A stretch of DNA of 64,000 nt from Toensbergia leucococca. Its lineage: Eukaryota. Both the position numbers and the translations under genes were made by a program. The stretch is taken from assembly GCA_022813965.1 (NCBI GenBank), contig JALDZS010000070.1:1-64000 (forward strand), written 5' to 3'. Shown piece after piece: positions 36,161 through 50,571 of this stretch (positions within the stretch are counted from its first letter, which is position 1; each line of letters begins with the position of its first letter). The notes under the pieces are model-generated. The model was not told where the DNA came from. It searched no databases and saw only the letters and a program-made list of their open reading frames with translations.

Positions 36161-38380
36161 TCATGCCTCCCAAGCTTGAACTTTTTCACAATCCCGTGGT
36201 GTGCGACATATTTTCCGTGCACTCACCGATGCTGTTTTCCAGAGAACCTCACGAACCTCGGAACCGACCTGCTTGATTGAATCCATAGCCCAGATCACAT
36301 CCAAGTGTTCGTACTCCTCAATGACCTTTGACTGTACAATTCGTACGTGAGGTTCTCGCCCTCTCTCGAATCGTCGTAAAAGCCGCCTGCCATCCACCAA
36401 GTCATCCGATCCCGCGATCCACAACGCAAACGGAGGCACCTGCTCATCATACCATGCAGTACGACCACGACATTGCCCATCGTCCTCTTCTGACTCACTG
36501 GAACTCGGTTCAGTCGGATGGCTTGTTTTGCGGACATAGTAGTTCTCATTCTCATCTTCTTCGTCCTCTTGCTGTCCTTCCTCACGCGTAGCAAGGATAC
36601 ACTTTTGTTCCGCAAAGCATTCACGACCAAGCCACCAACGCATACTTTCGGCGCTCACATAGACCGGGGCAAACTGGAACAACCTATCTCGAAGATCTTG
36701 TTCCCAACGATCGTCCGTCCAGTTGAAAAGAAATGAAAAAACTCGATAGCCTAGTGCACCGTAAAGTTTTCCAGGCAAGACCGAATGCATCGTCATCATA
36801 AAGGGTATAAAAGCATGTATGCCGAAGAAGACTCGAAACATGCCTGGCGATATCACCCGCATGAATTTGAAGTACATCTTTCCGATCAACGGACCAGCAT
36901 AGACGGCCGGAGCAAGTGCGCAGAAGACGCTAATCTTGTTGCCTAGATCAGGTCTCTGTTCCTTTGCCAAGGCAACGAATGTCTGCGTCGTTCCCTGAGA
37001 ATGGCAGATGAGCCCAAGTTTTTCGAAGCCAGTCTCAGTCAAAACTCGAGAAATCAACGCCGGAAGATCCATGACACCCATCTGACGAATATTCCATGCC
37101 CACATACGAGGATCTGAGTAATTCAGCATCTGATGCTGAGGCTCAAAACCACATCTATTATTTCCTAGCCAAACGTCGTAGCCACTGTCATATTTCATGA
37201 GCACTTTTCTTCATTGGCCAAATTTGTTCGAAAGGAAGTCATACCTCTTGCATAAGTAGAATGCTAGACTGTCGTCGTCGTTTGCGCAATATGCGCCTGC
37301 ACTTTGCAGCAAGCCATGTATGAGAAGAACAGGATACCTGCGTTCACCGTCTGTGTATTGCGATCCAGACGTCCCATTGACTTTGCCGTTTGATATATGA
37401 CCATCAGGAAAGACTTCTGGCTTCTTGTAATCACGACGTTCTGCTGAGGCTGGGCAGTACTCTTTGGGATTATAGACGTGCCATAATGTTATGATAAATC
37501 CATCTTCTGTCTGCACCTTGAACTCTTCGATATCTAATCCCACCCTCCGAGCGTAGTATCCGACATCGCAGATCAAGGGATCCTTACCGCCTTCCGTCGG
37601 CTCATATTCCTCGTCCTGCCCGACTTCTTCTTCTTCACTATCCCCACTCTTGACGCTGATACTCCTGCGTCGTCTTTGATGCTTCCATGCCTCGGCTGCC
37701 TCCTCCCTCGCGTCCTTTCTCCTCTCTTCTTCTTTATGGAATGGTCGTCGCGCATTGGGATTTCTGAAGGTCAAGCGTAGGCCAACGTGTCGAAACATTA
37801 GAGGTATACTTGTAAATGCTGACCCAAGGACTATGACTCCCAGAAAAGCTAGAGAAAGGAAGAATGAAGATATCCGAAATCCAAGACAGTGCAAATTACG
37901 CATCATGGTCGGCGGGCCATATAAAGGCAATGGGGGAAAAAGGGGATTTGTTCTCGACGATGGGACAGAAATACGTAATGGTGCTTCTGCTCTGGCAGAC
38001 GGTTCGGTGGACTTTTCTTTCAAGGATTCTCCATCAGACGTTTCTTCATCCGTAGGTAGCTCAGCCGATTCATGATTGTTCTCTTGCTTTTGTCGCCTGG
38101 TGCCATTGGATAATGTGACATCATCATTGGGATGCAGACCCTCGACCTCAGCCTTGAGCCTATTGAGTTTTTGTGCTTCTAGTGGTGGTACGGCAGGAAG
38201 GCGACCACCATTGGCGGTTTCAATCACGTTGTCTAGGGGTGTGATGAATTTGGCCTCGACGGCTGTTGCTGCTCCAGTCTCCTCGCTGGCTTGGTTGTGT
38301 GGTAACAGAGACAGGCGTTCAGCTTGCTGAGCGAATTGGATTGCGGACTCGGCCTTGGATTTTGCAACTTTCGTGGTCAT
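36161..38380 (-). CDS. Alpha/beta-hydrolase lipase / sterol esterase (Tgl1/Yeh-like), 2 exons
   Basis: Motifs VQTEDGFIITL, HGLLQS, GYDVWLGNNR, nucleophile CHSQG and YEHLDVIW. N-terminal TM segment; intron at about 37190-37243. Confidence 0.88.
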
Positions 38381-39132
38381 GATGCATTCGACGTGTAGGG
38401 GTCAGATGGATTTGAAAAGGAGGCACGAGCCTAAGTATCGGGAGTCAATTGAAGCATCAGTACGGAGAAGTAGAAGAGAATGTACACGAGAATTTAGGGA
38501 GATGAGGGTCGAGAGTTCTTAAGATCGGTTTGATGCAATTGTTGAGGAAAAGGGTACGGATATTCTCGATTTAATTTGACATCAGGGATGGAGAATCTTG
38601 ACGCCACGCTAAACGGGTGTGCGTCGGATCTTGCATCTTGGGAACAAGGTACTCTAATGTTTACGGAGTAGAATTCTCTCCAATGATAAGACGAGATGAT
38701 TTTAGGTGCCACTCGTGCTTCTGCATGTGATTACTGGGTACCTTAGATTGGTGGATAACCCGGACAAATGATGTCATATTGCTGAATTGATATTGAGATG
38801 AAGGGAGAAGGGAAAAGGGAAAAGGCAACGAAGCAAGGCCATTTGCGGATACGCTAGTACTACTCTAGAATAGGTAGGGCTTGGTGCCTGGTGGCACTTC
38901 CATCCTCTTGGCATTAAATATCACTTCCCTTTGATTGGTCATACGAAAAGCATCACCGGCACCTGCCATTACTTTCCAAGCTGCATCATGGAGCAATGGA
39001 TTGAGGTGCTGTTCCAGCATCCTATCACCTTCGAGTCTCGGCCTTGTACAGAGTATCATCTACCTTCTTGACACTTTCTCGGCAATAACACCATGTTTAG
39101 CCTCGTCTCGTGAGCGCATCACAAGCCTTTCC

Positions 39133-42100
39133 ATGGAGAACCACAGCTTGCCCGAAGACCATCCTAAGAGACGCAGGAGGCGTAGAAGAGTCGACAGACT
39201 CGCTATCTCCGCAAGACTTATCCTGGATGACTACGCCAAGGCCAGCCACGTCGGTCTCCTCTCTGATGACCTATTCACTGATCTCTTTCGACAACCGCCA
39301 TTCTACGATACCACGAACTTTCGATACATTGCTATATGTCCATGGGCTCCGTTGTCCATAGACATTGTCGCAAATTCCACCTGGACCATTCTCCCGGTCC
39401 GTGCACAGAACCCTGATGACGATGAAACAAAGAAGCTGTTGCCAGGCTCAATTCGATTCTCTGCCTCATCCCCGGCACTGCAGTCCTTCGTCGAAGCTCT
39501 CCAAATTGCTGCTGGGACTAGGAGTAAAATCAAGGCGAAGGCTGGTATTGAAATCCGCGTATTTGATGTGGTTCCTCTTCAATTGGAAACAGTATATGTG
39601 TCGGTGGATGGCCATGCCCTCAGGAAGCACGATGAAGTTCAAAAGAAGTTCGGGGGTGGCTTCGGTGCTCGACAAACAAACAATGTGGCTACGAAGGGCA
39701 AGGCGAAGCTGCAGAGAGGAGTCATTGTGGGACCATCGACTCAAGGACAAGAGGATCGTCTGACTGCTACTATACGTGAAGCATTGACAAATGCGATGGT
39801 AGCACGCCAAGGTGATCTACTCCCACTGTTATTGCCAGCTCATCCAATTACGCATGTCCCTCTCACGCCTGCAAAAATCATATTGTGTGAGCCTGTAAGC
39901 CAGGGCCTATTATCGCCAGACACAAAGATCGTGGTAAATCAGCTCTTTCGAGAAGAACATAAAAACCCCAATATACCCAGGCTTAAATCTATTGGCGTAC
40001 TCCGGAGGATGATTATGGAAGAAGACGAGGACACCTCTAACGATCAATTCTTTTCTGCTGTGGAAGATGGTGGGCAGCTCATGACGCCCACATCTGAAGC
40101 CGACCCGCAGACGTCAGACTCCGATGTTTCTGAAATCGACAATGGCAGTCTTTCCGATGACTCTCTAGATAACCTGATCTCTATGACAACTCCTGTTCTA
40201 CCTACTCAATCGTCCAGCATGTTCTCGTCGATGACAGCTTCGACGCCTCGAGTTGAGGGCTCAATAACAAACGGAGTGACTACACCGGGGTCTGTGTATT
40301 CAAGTTTCACCACGACTACCACCAGACCTGGTTCCGAGGGTGTTGGAAGACTCTTTGAGGCCAAAGGTCTTCTCAGCAAAATCTCTGATGATTTGCTCCA
40401 CCCCAAGCCGACGAGTGAAGAAGACGATGAGGCTAGGATTTTCGTGAATATCAAGTTGCTCGTCAAATTGGGTTGCTTTGCCGGTGACTGGGTTAAGGTC
40501 GAGGCCGTCTCTCATGGGGCTGGACTTTGGAATTCGGATTCTTTCGAGAATGATGATGAAGTACGTGAATTTCGACCTGTCAAAGTCTACGGTCTACCAG
40601 ATCCACCGACGAGTTCATATCTTCGATCCTCAGGACGCAAGGCTGGAGACAGGCGATCTAGCTTCGCCGCTGCACATCCCAAAAGGCAATTACCTACTGC
40701 TTGGCTCTCACCGATCCTCCTATTCAATATCGGCCAGCCTGCTCAAGTCAGGTTGTCTCCTTTGTCATCGGCATCGCAGAACGATGTTTCTTTTGGTTCA
40801 AAATATGAAAAGACCAAGATCAAAGGTTCCTCCGCGCCACCTATTGCAAGGGAGGTCACTCTGCTGAAGGTACCGAATTTCTTATCAACGGAACGGGCTC
40901 TACAAACAGCCTTGCTTGCAGGTCTTAAGCAGCACTTTGAGTATAAGCGCCGCATTCTTCGAAAAGGAGATCTTGTATGTTTCAGTATTGATATTGGTGT
41001 TGGTAGAATGGTAACTCAATCTACTGCTACGGCGGATGTTGATTTTGAGATCGAAGACCTTCTGTCGATGCCCCCAATAGATCAAACAGGGAACGCCAAT
41101 TTAATGGGTGTGGCCTGGTTCAGAGTGGGACAGGTGCTTGGATCAGTGCAGGACCAGAACCAGAGAATTAGTCACCCAGACTTCTGGGGAGGAGTTGTTT
41201 CCATCGAGCCTATGACTACGCGCACAGCGCAGGCTGGAAGCGAGCATAGCAAAGTGCCATCAGTCCTCCAAAACACTTGGGAATCCTATCTTGGCGTCGG
41301 ACAAAAACCAAAGGCTCCTCGAAATCTGAATAGCGTAGAGCATTCTATAGCTCAAACACCTAAATCTCACGTCTCTGCATTGAGACGGCGTCTCCGTGAG
41401 CTGATAGCTGCAGCCACTAGCTCTCGTGCGGTTCATCTTGGAATGAAACCCATGGTCATTCTTCTTCACTCCACACAGCGAAATATAGGAAAGGCGCACG
41501 TAGTTTTAAGTGCATGTTTAGATCTTGGGGTTCATACATTCCCAATTGACGCTTACGACATTCTGACCGAGGGGGGAGCAGGAGGTGGTGATGTTAAGAC
41601 AGAGGCTTTCCTTGAGCTCAGAGTTAAGAGAGCCCTCAGCTGTGGACCCGAATTTACTGTGCTTCTTTTACGTCACGTGGAAGCGCTGACAGCTGATCGC
41701 ATGGTCTCTGCATTAAGGGATATAACAAAAGAAATTAGAGTGCTTGTTGCTACTACTACAGATATCGATAACGTCTCCGAGGGCGTGCGAAGCTTGTTTA
41801 CACACGAGTTAGAGCTCTCGGCACCAGACGAAGGCGAACGTGAACAGATTCTTTTGGAGATCATAGAATCTAGAGGAGCTGTGCTAGCATGTGATGTCGA
41901 CCTTGGAGCAATCGCTATTAAGACTGCTTCTCTTGTAGCCGGGGACTTGGTTGACGTTGTTGAGCGAGCCATTGTAGCAAGACAGAATCGCCTGGAGACG
42001 CTGGTCTCGAAACATACTAATAAAAGTGGTTTGTCTAGTGACGTCCTGATTCGAGATATACTGATTTCCGGGGGGGGCTTCATAAGATGTATTACAAAGG

Positions 42101-43426
42101 CCGACTTTGACCTTGCAGTGGATGCAGCACGCAAGAATTTTGCAGATGCTATCGGAGCGCCAAAGATCCCAAACGTTAGCTGGGATGATGTTGGTGGTCT
42201 CGAGAATGTCAAGGATGCTGTCATGGAGACGATACAACTGCCACTGGAACGACCAGAATTGTTCGCCAAAGGAATGAAGAAACGCAGTGGCATCCTCTTT
42301 TATGGACCTCCTGGTACGGGGAAAACACTTCTGGCGAAGGCTATCGCTACGGAATTCTCTCTGAATTTCTTCTCCGTCAAGGGCCCAGAGCTGCTTAACA
42401 TGTACATTGGCGAATCGGAAGCCAATGTTCGCCGCGTGTTTCAAAGGGCAAGAGACGCGAGACCATGCGTAGTCTTCTTCGATGAATTGGACTCTGTAGC
42501 ACCGAAAAGGGGTAATCAAGGCGACAGCGGTGGTGTCATGGACCGCATTGTCAGTCAATTACTCGCCGAGCTTGATGGCATGAGTGACGGTGAAGAAGGA
42601 GCAGGTGGTGTGTTCGTCATCGGCGCTACTAATCGACCTGATCTACTTGATCAAGCACTACTCCGGCCTGGAAGATTTGATAAGATGCTGTACCTAGGAA
42701 TTTCAGATACGCATGACAAGCAACTCACAATCTTGGAAGCCTTGACAAGGAAGTTCGACCTGCATCCTGATATGTCTCTTCGCCGGGTGGCAGACTCTCT
42801 CCCTTTCACATATACCGGCGCTGACCTCTACGCTCTTTGCTCAGATGCTATGCTCAAGGCTATAACAAGACAGGCGTCGGCTGTAGACGCCAAAATCCAG
42901 GCGCTATCCAATGGTCCTGTCACCACTGCTTATTTCTTTGATCATCTAGCTACTAAAGATGATATTGCCGTCATGGTGACAGAGGAGGACTTTCTCGCTG
43001 CGCAGCGAGAGCTTGTGGGAAGCGTGAGGTGAGAAGCTTCAATTTTGAATTAGTGACATGGCCATAATCTGACTATTATTCAGCGCGAAAGAACTCGATC
43101 ACTATCATCGCGTCCGTCAAACCTTTGAAGGTCCGAGTACTGAGAAGCAGAAGAGTATTCCAATACCGCCTCCAGCAGTCCTGTCTGCAGCCGCACATGA
43201 GCTATCCGGGCCAAAATCCGAACTCAAAACAAAGAGTAGTAGTAAGATCAAAGGAAAGGGCAAGGGAAAAGCGACTCAGTGGGATAGCGACGATGATGAA
43301 GACGACGAAGCATATATCACAAGCAATGATTACGGAACGCCGAATCGCAAGGCCTCGACAGATGGGGCCGGACCAATTGGATTCCAAGACCCATCAAGGG
43401 ACGACGACGATGAGATTTATGGGTGA
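39133..43426 (+). CDS. PEX6: Peroxisomal AAA+ ATPase PEX6, 2 exons
   Basis: Motifs [71 protein letters not shown]. Intron at about 43029-43083; the last exon (AKELDHY...DDEIYG*) ends at 43426. Confidence 0.95.
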
Positions 43427-44363
43427 AAAGCGTTTCCCTTATAGTGAGAGCTACGAGAAAGGGTTTATTTTATAATCGAGACGACGATGTCTCATTCATA
43501 TCATCTGGCATGCCTGCTCACATTCTACCTAGCAAGCTTGAGGAATCCCCTGCGACTTCATTTTTAACTTGTTCCATTTATATTTCAACCCACTTCGCAA
43601 AGGGATCTTTATTGAAGACACTTTTTCGAGCGGAAAAGAATTGCCATAATTCATTCCTTGTACTTAAACAGATATAAGCTTGACAACTCATTCTCGTTGT
43701 TCTCAACCCCTGATTGTCTCTCCACTCCCTTCCGAACGAAGTTTCCAGAAATTAAAAGGTAAGATGTACTTTATTTCTGTCAGTGTTACTACAGGTAAGT
43801 ATTGTTCTTTGTGGTTAACTATCCCCATTTCCAAGTTTGAATATCACCAGGTAAAACTGACATCGATGACTCTTTACTTGGCTCTTTATGAATGTTCTGG
43901 AAATTTTGCGCATGGAGTACATATTTTTGATACATAAAACGGGTGAGACATGATGTTTCTGAAATTTGGTCACATGTTTTGAAACACGATCATTCTGGAT
44001 CTTTGTATGATTTAAAGGTGAGACAACGGCACACGAGAACAGGGCACGATACCCGTCTTCCTTCTTGTGCAGATGAGGTCGAAGGAATGTGATCGAAGAG
44101 CGTGAGTTGTGCTTGTGGAGGATGCTGTCAAGGTATCTGGATCTGGGGATAAGGGTTCTGGATCCTAGAGTTGGGTGTTTGACATCTTTGTTCGCCGGGA
44201 TCTTGGTAACTTTCTTCCAGCGACGACACCTCTCTTTGCAGCTTCATCACTATATATTTTTACTTCCTTTAAAAGCAGGAGCGTTCTTCCTCAGTGCGCA
44301 CTCGCTCGTCCTCTATTACCATCTCATCTCCAAGCTCTTCAAATCAATAGGAAAGGCAAATAG

Positions 44364-45188
44364 ATGTGCCTACCGTACCTCATTATCGAGCCTGTCCGCC
44401 GCAAAAGGCCTTCACCACCGCTGCGCCGCCTATCCGTAGCTGTACCTGCTCGACCACACGCTTTTGTGCCAGTTCAACATACGAATGGAAGGCCTAGAAC
44501 TCCACCCAGGTCTAGTATGCCGCCAGAGCACAGCGAACGGGTCTCGATGGCTATAAATGCACAGGTGCACGAGCAAGCTCTGCAGCTGCGGGACTTGGAA
44601 AGGCGGCTGAGGGAGCAGCAACAAAAGCAACAGCCACCGCAGCCCTTAGCGGTACCACCCCCTCCACCGGCACCGCAAGTCCAGCCACAACAGCAGCCGG
44701 TAGCGCAGGGTCAAAGCAGTGGCGAAAAAGGCGGGCAAGGGAATTGGGATAATTGTAACAACAAAGGAAGACCCACAGTGTACTGTCGAAGGCGACGGTC
44801 GTCGGCGTCGGAGGTATCGATGAGGAGTCTTAATGATTTGAGGAGAAACGTTGAAGCTCTCTGGGTAAAGTTTGGGGGGTTAGAGAGGGATGGTCAGAGG
44901 GAGAGGGAGCGGGAGAGAGAGAGGAGAGAGGTGGAGAACGAGGTGCGAAGAAAGATTTTGGAGAAAGAGAAGGAGAGGAAGACATGGGATATGGAGAGGG
45001 AGAGGGACGCGAGGATGTGGGAAATGGGAGAGAGGGACCGGAGACTTTGGGAGATGGCCAGGGAGGAAAGAGGTTTGGACAAGGGTAGAGATAGGCAGGT
45101 ATTTGAAGACATGGAAAGGGACCGAATACAAAGAGACAAAATTTGGCGGGATTTCAGGCCTGAGAGGAGGGACTGGATGAGAGTGTAG
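44364..45188 (+). CDS. Hypothetical protein with a Pro/Gln-rich middle and an Arg/Glu-rich coiled C-terminus
   Basis: 274-aa ORF about 110 nt downstream of TATATA. C-terminal repeats resembling W(D/E)MxxER. No known domain recognised. Confidence 0.6.
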   Translation: MCLPYLIIEPVRRKRPSPPLRRLSVAVPARPHAFVPVQHTNGRPRTPPRSSMPPEHSERVSMAINAQVHEQALQLRDLERRLREQQQKQQPPQPLAVPPPPPAPQVQPQQQPVAQGQSSGEKGGQGNWDNCNNKGRPTVYCRRRRSSASEVSMRSLNDLRRNVEALWVKFGGLERDGQRERERERERREVENEVRRKILEKEKERKTWDMERERDARMWEMGERDRRLWEMAREERGLDKGRDRQVFEDMERDRIQRDKIWRDFRPERRDWMRV

Positions 45189-46396
45189 TGTGGATGGAAG
45201 AGCGGGTACTCGTAGAGGAGTAAAGAATCGATAGACGAATACTCGGTTTTAATGGATTAGGTCTAGAGGGTTTTTGGAATAAAAGGAATGCTGCTTGCAG
45301 CTTGCGCTATGTCGAATTACAGTAGCATCATGTCTGAAGTGATTATTGGAAGATCCTAACTCCGGCAGACGATTAGCAACATACACTCGCATGGTACCGT
45401 GACTTCGTGTCTATTGAGTTTTCGTCTAGCATGTTTCGGGCCAAGGTGATCGAGTACGGTGGTCAGGAATTCTCCGAGCTAGTGCAATATGTCCACATGT
45501 TCGATGCTCGGCTTCTGATTGGTCATGTTAACAACATCCTTCAATTCGGACATGACTGCAGGTCCATGGCGCCCTTCAGGGCTCTGTGAGCCCGGAAGAA
45601 AACGCCCGTCAAGGTAAAGACTCTGTCCGTATCGCCTTCCGATCATTGGGGCAACATTGCAGACTTGATCCAGGCTGAGGTAGCAGTATGCCTTATATGC
45701 TCTACTCCACCCAAGATATGGCGCGGCTCTTATTTGACTCTATCACGATAGTGCTATGCTGTGACGTTGTTGCCGAGGGACATGGTCTCCGTTTCCCAAT
45801 CTTCTAATAGAGTTTTAGGCATTTTTCCGGCCTCTCTTTCGAGAAAAGTCTAGAATACTCGTTCTACAACCACATGTGGATAATGGGCACGGCATCACCA
45901 TCCTGAGACTGATCTTGGAATCGCATTCAGAGAAAGCGATGCAAAGAGAGAGTGGATTCTATTGGGTAATCAAGGCGAAGGCCGATCTGCCTACTGGGCA
46001 GCTTGCTGGCCTCCCACGAATGGCACTCCTTGCATACACCTCGTGAAGACCAGGGTCAATCTGTAGCTAACCGCTTATCCGCTCTCGGAGCCATTCAAAC
46101 GCCAGCATATAGAAACGTGCCTCCTTTTGTCACCTTCCTGGAATCGGGCCAGACTCGCATTGCCATTGCTGATGGTGTGAGTCGTAACAAATCACTGTCT
46201 TTTCACCCACGAGGCTTTTTAATTCGCCTGCATTTTTCACATGCACCATCCGCCTTAGTGTTCCCCGAATCTGCAATCAGCACAGGCTCTTCATAAGTAC
46301 CGGAGCACCCCTCCCTCGGCCATCCTTGTGACACGATTAACTTCGACCTCCCTTCATCGTGATAAACCTTGGTCGCATTGACCAAACTCAACAAAT

Positions 46397-48528
46397 ATGA
46401 CCGACTATGGTCCCGCTGCCCCCCATGGGCCTGACATGACAGGAACTCATGCCCCAATCCACGACATGACTAGCAACGAGAGAGCAATTTTCGACTACCT
46501 AATTCGTCCTGATGACAGCTACAATCCGGAAGGTATCTACTGGGCTGATCTCCCTTTGGCGAAGCGCGTCAAGTTCGTTTCTAGCTATGATGCAAAAGAA
46601 GCTGGGAGGGAGTTGGCGAATGTCGGAGCTATGATTAAGGAAGATCCGTTGAGCCCCATATCCTACTACTTCAAAAACATGGTGCTACCTGGCGCGGGTC
46701 TTGGGCTGGAAGGGTAAGAAGACCTGTTTGCGTAAACTTTGGAAAACGCAGCAGCTGACGGGCGAGTAGATATGTTCTCTTCTCCATTGGGGACCTGACA
46801 CCTCTTTTCGCTGCCAAAGGCTCGTTTCCCCAGTGCTGGGCCGCAAAAAAAAAGGGAACCACAAACGGTACAGAATGTAATCCTACGTGGATTGCAGCAA
46901 ATATCTATCTCGAAATATGTGGTATCATTGTTGGACAAATCCTCGTTGGTATCCTGGGAGACTGGTATGTTTTTTCAATTTGAGTAGTTGGACAAGATCT
47001 GATGCGCGTATGCAGGCTAGGACGACGGTGGGGTTTGATTCAGGATGCCACCATCATGTTTATCGGCCTGCTCATGCTCACGGCTTCCTGGGGTACCACT
47101 CTCAACGGCTGGGTCATTTGCTACACTTGGTCTCTGTTCTTTTACGGTATTGGCGTTGGGGGTGAGTACCCGATGACCGCCACCTCTGGCATGGAAAACG
47201 CCGTTGGTTCCGGCAAGATCTCTACCAAGGAAGATCGTCTCCATCGAGGTCGTAAGGTCACAAGCGCTTTCTTGATGCAAGGTTGGGGCCAATTCGCCAA
47301 TCAGGCTATCTTGATTCTATCACTACTTATCTTTCACCATGGAAGCGGGAACCCGCCCTACTCTAAAGTCGCAGTTCAGTGGACCTACCGAGTTTCTTTC
47401 GCTATCCCGGCTGTTGGAACTCTTTGGCTTGTTTACTATCGTTATTACAAGATGAAAGCTGCCAGCAAGCAATTGAACGCAGCAAAGAAGAAGAATAAGG
47501 TTACCGGGTACGACAAAGAGTCCCTCAGACTCACCTTCTCTTATTTCGGCCCACGTTTGATCGCAACCGCTGGCGGCTGGTATTGCAATGACATTTTCTT
47601 TTACGGTAATAAACTTTTCCAGAGTCAATTTATCGGTGTTATTACAAACCAGGGTACTTCGATCATGCCCGGTTGGCTGTACAATCTCATCAATATCGGC
47701 GTGTCTCTTTGTGGATACTATCTTGCCTGTATGTTCCAATCCGAGCATACAGTGTCCCAACGCTAATGCTTGATAGCTTTTCTTATTGACAATAAGCTTT
47801 ACGGACGCAAGAAAATGCAACTGCTTGGATTTTTGATGGATTTCATTCTTTTTGTCGTCCCGGCATTCAACTACGACTATTATACTAGCCCGGCGCACAT
47901 CACAGCTTTCCAGGCCATGTATTTCTTATCATCATTCTTCAATCAATTTGGTCCCAACGCAGTGACCTTCCTCGTCGCAGCTGAAGTCTACCCAACACCA
48001 ATTCGAGCCACTGCTCACGGATTTTCTGCTGCGTTTGGCAAGCTAGGCGCGCTCACGGCAGCTGTTCTGTACAGTTATATTGACATCCAAACAAAGTTCT
48101 ACGTTGTTCCATGGTTTGGTCTAGCGGGTATGTTCCTTACTTTCCTCTTTCTTCCGGACACGACTGGCCTCGATCTCAAGGAACAAGAACGCCGCTGGCA
48201 GTGCATCCGCGCTGGGCGTGAAGCCGAATACCACGGCGTGGCCGTTCACCCCAAGCATCTATCGCTATGGGAACGTTTCAGGGGTGTAGGAAAGCATTAC
48301 GACGCCGACCTCGATTACAGACAGAAGATTGAGGAAATGCGGGCAGACTGGGAAGAGAGCCAAGCTGCCCGAGGCGCCGAGAAGGGAATGAATGACGATA
48401 GTCTCGACGATAGCGTCTGGTCGTCGGATGTATCGACCTATTTCGAAAAGACTGGCAAGAGCCCCATGCTCAACGGCAAGGAAAAGTACCTCAATGATAC
48501 TGAAGGCGACAGCCCTGAACGGCTGTAG
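46397..48528 (+). CDS. MFS inorganic phosphate transporter (Pho84/Git1-like), 4 exons
   Basis: Motifs GLGLEGY, GRRWG, YGIGVGGEYP, RGRKVTSAFLMQGWG, FGPNAVTFLVAAEVYPTPIRATAHG. Introns at about 46713-46768, 46965-47015 and 47728-47776. Confidence 0.88.
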
Positions 48529-49164
48529 AGGATTTGATTTGTTTTAGGAGATTCATTGGGCCGGGACCTTTGTCCCTGGTTGTACACAAACATTATCCGG
48601 GTAATGTCCTTTAAACCGTGAGGGTTTCCGTAGTAAAGATATGGGATGCGTTCAATACACTCTTTTTGCGATTAGGGTCTGCGGTCTAAGAGAAATCCTT
48701 GGGGTCGTACGTCTTTAATGGATTTGGGGCTGAACCCACCTTGTATAACCCCAATCCTTTCCAGCATTTGTTTGATACCAAGATTGGATACATAGCATAA
48801 TTACTCACTTTACTCATTATCTCCTATTTCGTAGGGTTGCGATGAATATTTCTGCATTGTTTTAACTTGATTGATACCCATGGCATGGACACTCGTAGTC
48901 TTGCGGATGTTAAGATGAGGCAGGATATCTGGATTGCTCCTGGTTTAGCGTGGAACGAAGCTCCCCGCAGCTTCGAAGCAACGAGTACAAGACCTTGCAG
49001 AGTAGAAGTATTCAAACACACTTCTCCCACATAAGCATCTATCATCTTGTATCAGAGATTCTTTGGCGCAAAGCAATTTCCTTCAATCAAGCAATTGGTG
49101 CGGCACGTGCTCGTATTTTCGAGTCACACAAAACACGTCATCAATTTAGCACAACATCACAACA

Positions 49165-50571
49165 ATGAGTTTGGCTCCCGCCGTTGCCAGAGAGGGCTTT
49201 AGCTATAACGGCGACCTCTACGTCGAAGTCGGCGACTTCAACAGACACAAACGCGCTTCCATCCCCGAAATCACCGCAATTCTGCGCCCCGGTCTCAAAC
49301 AATCCAAAGCCGCGCCAGTGCCGCGAAACAAAGATCCCGTAGGTCATTGGTATGAAGCTCAGCTCATACATTATGGCCTACCGCCTTCCAAGAACAAGGC
49401 AGTGGCCAAGGTGCGCTTGCTGGAAGCTCTGAACAATGGCAAATTGGATGTACCACCCCATGTCGCGAGATTGGAAGACGCCATGAAAAAGGAGTTTGGC
49501 GCCGCTGAGAGGAAGGCTAAGGCTCAACATAAAGCTGCAATGGCAGTTGGGATGAAATCTACGGGAGGGGAGTCCGAGCCAGCTGCTGGAAAGAAGAGGA
49601 AACAGTCCGATACCGTTAATGTGAATGTCAACGTCAACTTTGGTGCTTTTGGCGGGATGATACAAGCTCCGTGGGCCAATCAATCCTTGGAAGGGCCATC
49701 GTCATCCAAGAAAATCAAGGCTTCTCCCGCAAAGACTAAGTTTGCAGAAAAGAATGGGGCGAATAAGGAAGCAGTAATCAAGTAGACGAAGAAAAAGGCG
49801 AATGCTGGGACTGGAGAGCTGGAGAGCAAGCCCCCATTCAAGAAAAAGGGTGGTACCTCCGAAACAGCTCTCAATTATTCAGTGGCAGAGACACAGGTCG
49901 CTAAGAAGCAGGCAGCTGCTAAGAAAGAGTCAGTCTTCAAGAAAGAGCCAGCTATTAAGAAAGATCCGGCAGTCAAGAAAGAATCAGGCACCAAAAAGGA
50001 TTCAGTTACGAAAAAAGAGCTAGCCATTAAGCGGGAATCTGCTACAAAGAAAGAGGCCACGATCAAAAAAGAGCCCGTTATCAAGAAGGAGCCAGCCATT
50101 AAAAAGACCAAATCTATAAGTAGAGAGCCTGGCATAAAACCTGAGCCTGCCTCGCCTAGCGCACCCTCTCTCGGTCTCATCAACGGCTACTACGATATCT
50201 CTTGCCCCAATCTCGACGTGTCTAGTAACCCTTCCTCCTTAATCATTTGCCTTGATACACCTCAAGTATGGGGTGCCTATACCTTTGGTGATTTTCACGG
50301 CATTATTCGTCTTCCATACCGGCCATACCGCTCTGCCGAAGAGCCGATATATTTCCGTTGGCGCGGTTACGACTTCGAACAGAGAGTGACAAGCGGGAGT
50401 GATTGTGAAGGCTGGGTCTCATTCCTGGGAGATGGGCGGATTGGAGGTATGCTAAATTTGTACGGGCCTTGCGAATTCAGTGGAACTAGAATACCTGAAG
50501 AGGGGACAGCGGTGCGCTCGGCGGCTAGCATGAGGGGAGAGTGGGAGAGTTACGATGTGGATTCCGATTGA
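49165..50571 (+). pseudogene. Conserved-looking fungal hypothetical protein interrupted by a single in-frame TAG at 49783-49785
   Basis: ORFs 49165-49785 and 49882-50571 share a frame, and the gap translates cleanly as Lys-rich sequence. N-terminal block HWYEAQLIHYGL; C-terminal block GLINGYYDI...VWGAYTFG...FRWRG. Confidence 0.65.
49900..50110 (+). repeat. Coding minisatellite, about 11 degenerate 18-bp units encoding KKE(P/S)A(I/V)
   Basis: Translation KKQAAA KKESVF KKEPAI KKDPAV KKESGT KKDSVT KKELAI KRESAT KKEATI KKEPVI KKEPAI. Confidence 0.85.

Noticed and set aside
38935..39132. N-terminal extension of PEX6 shown in the ORF track
   Set aside because: It begins at a non-ATG codon. The ATG at 39133 (MENHSL) is the plausible start.
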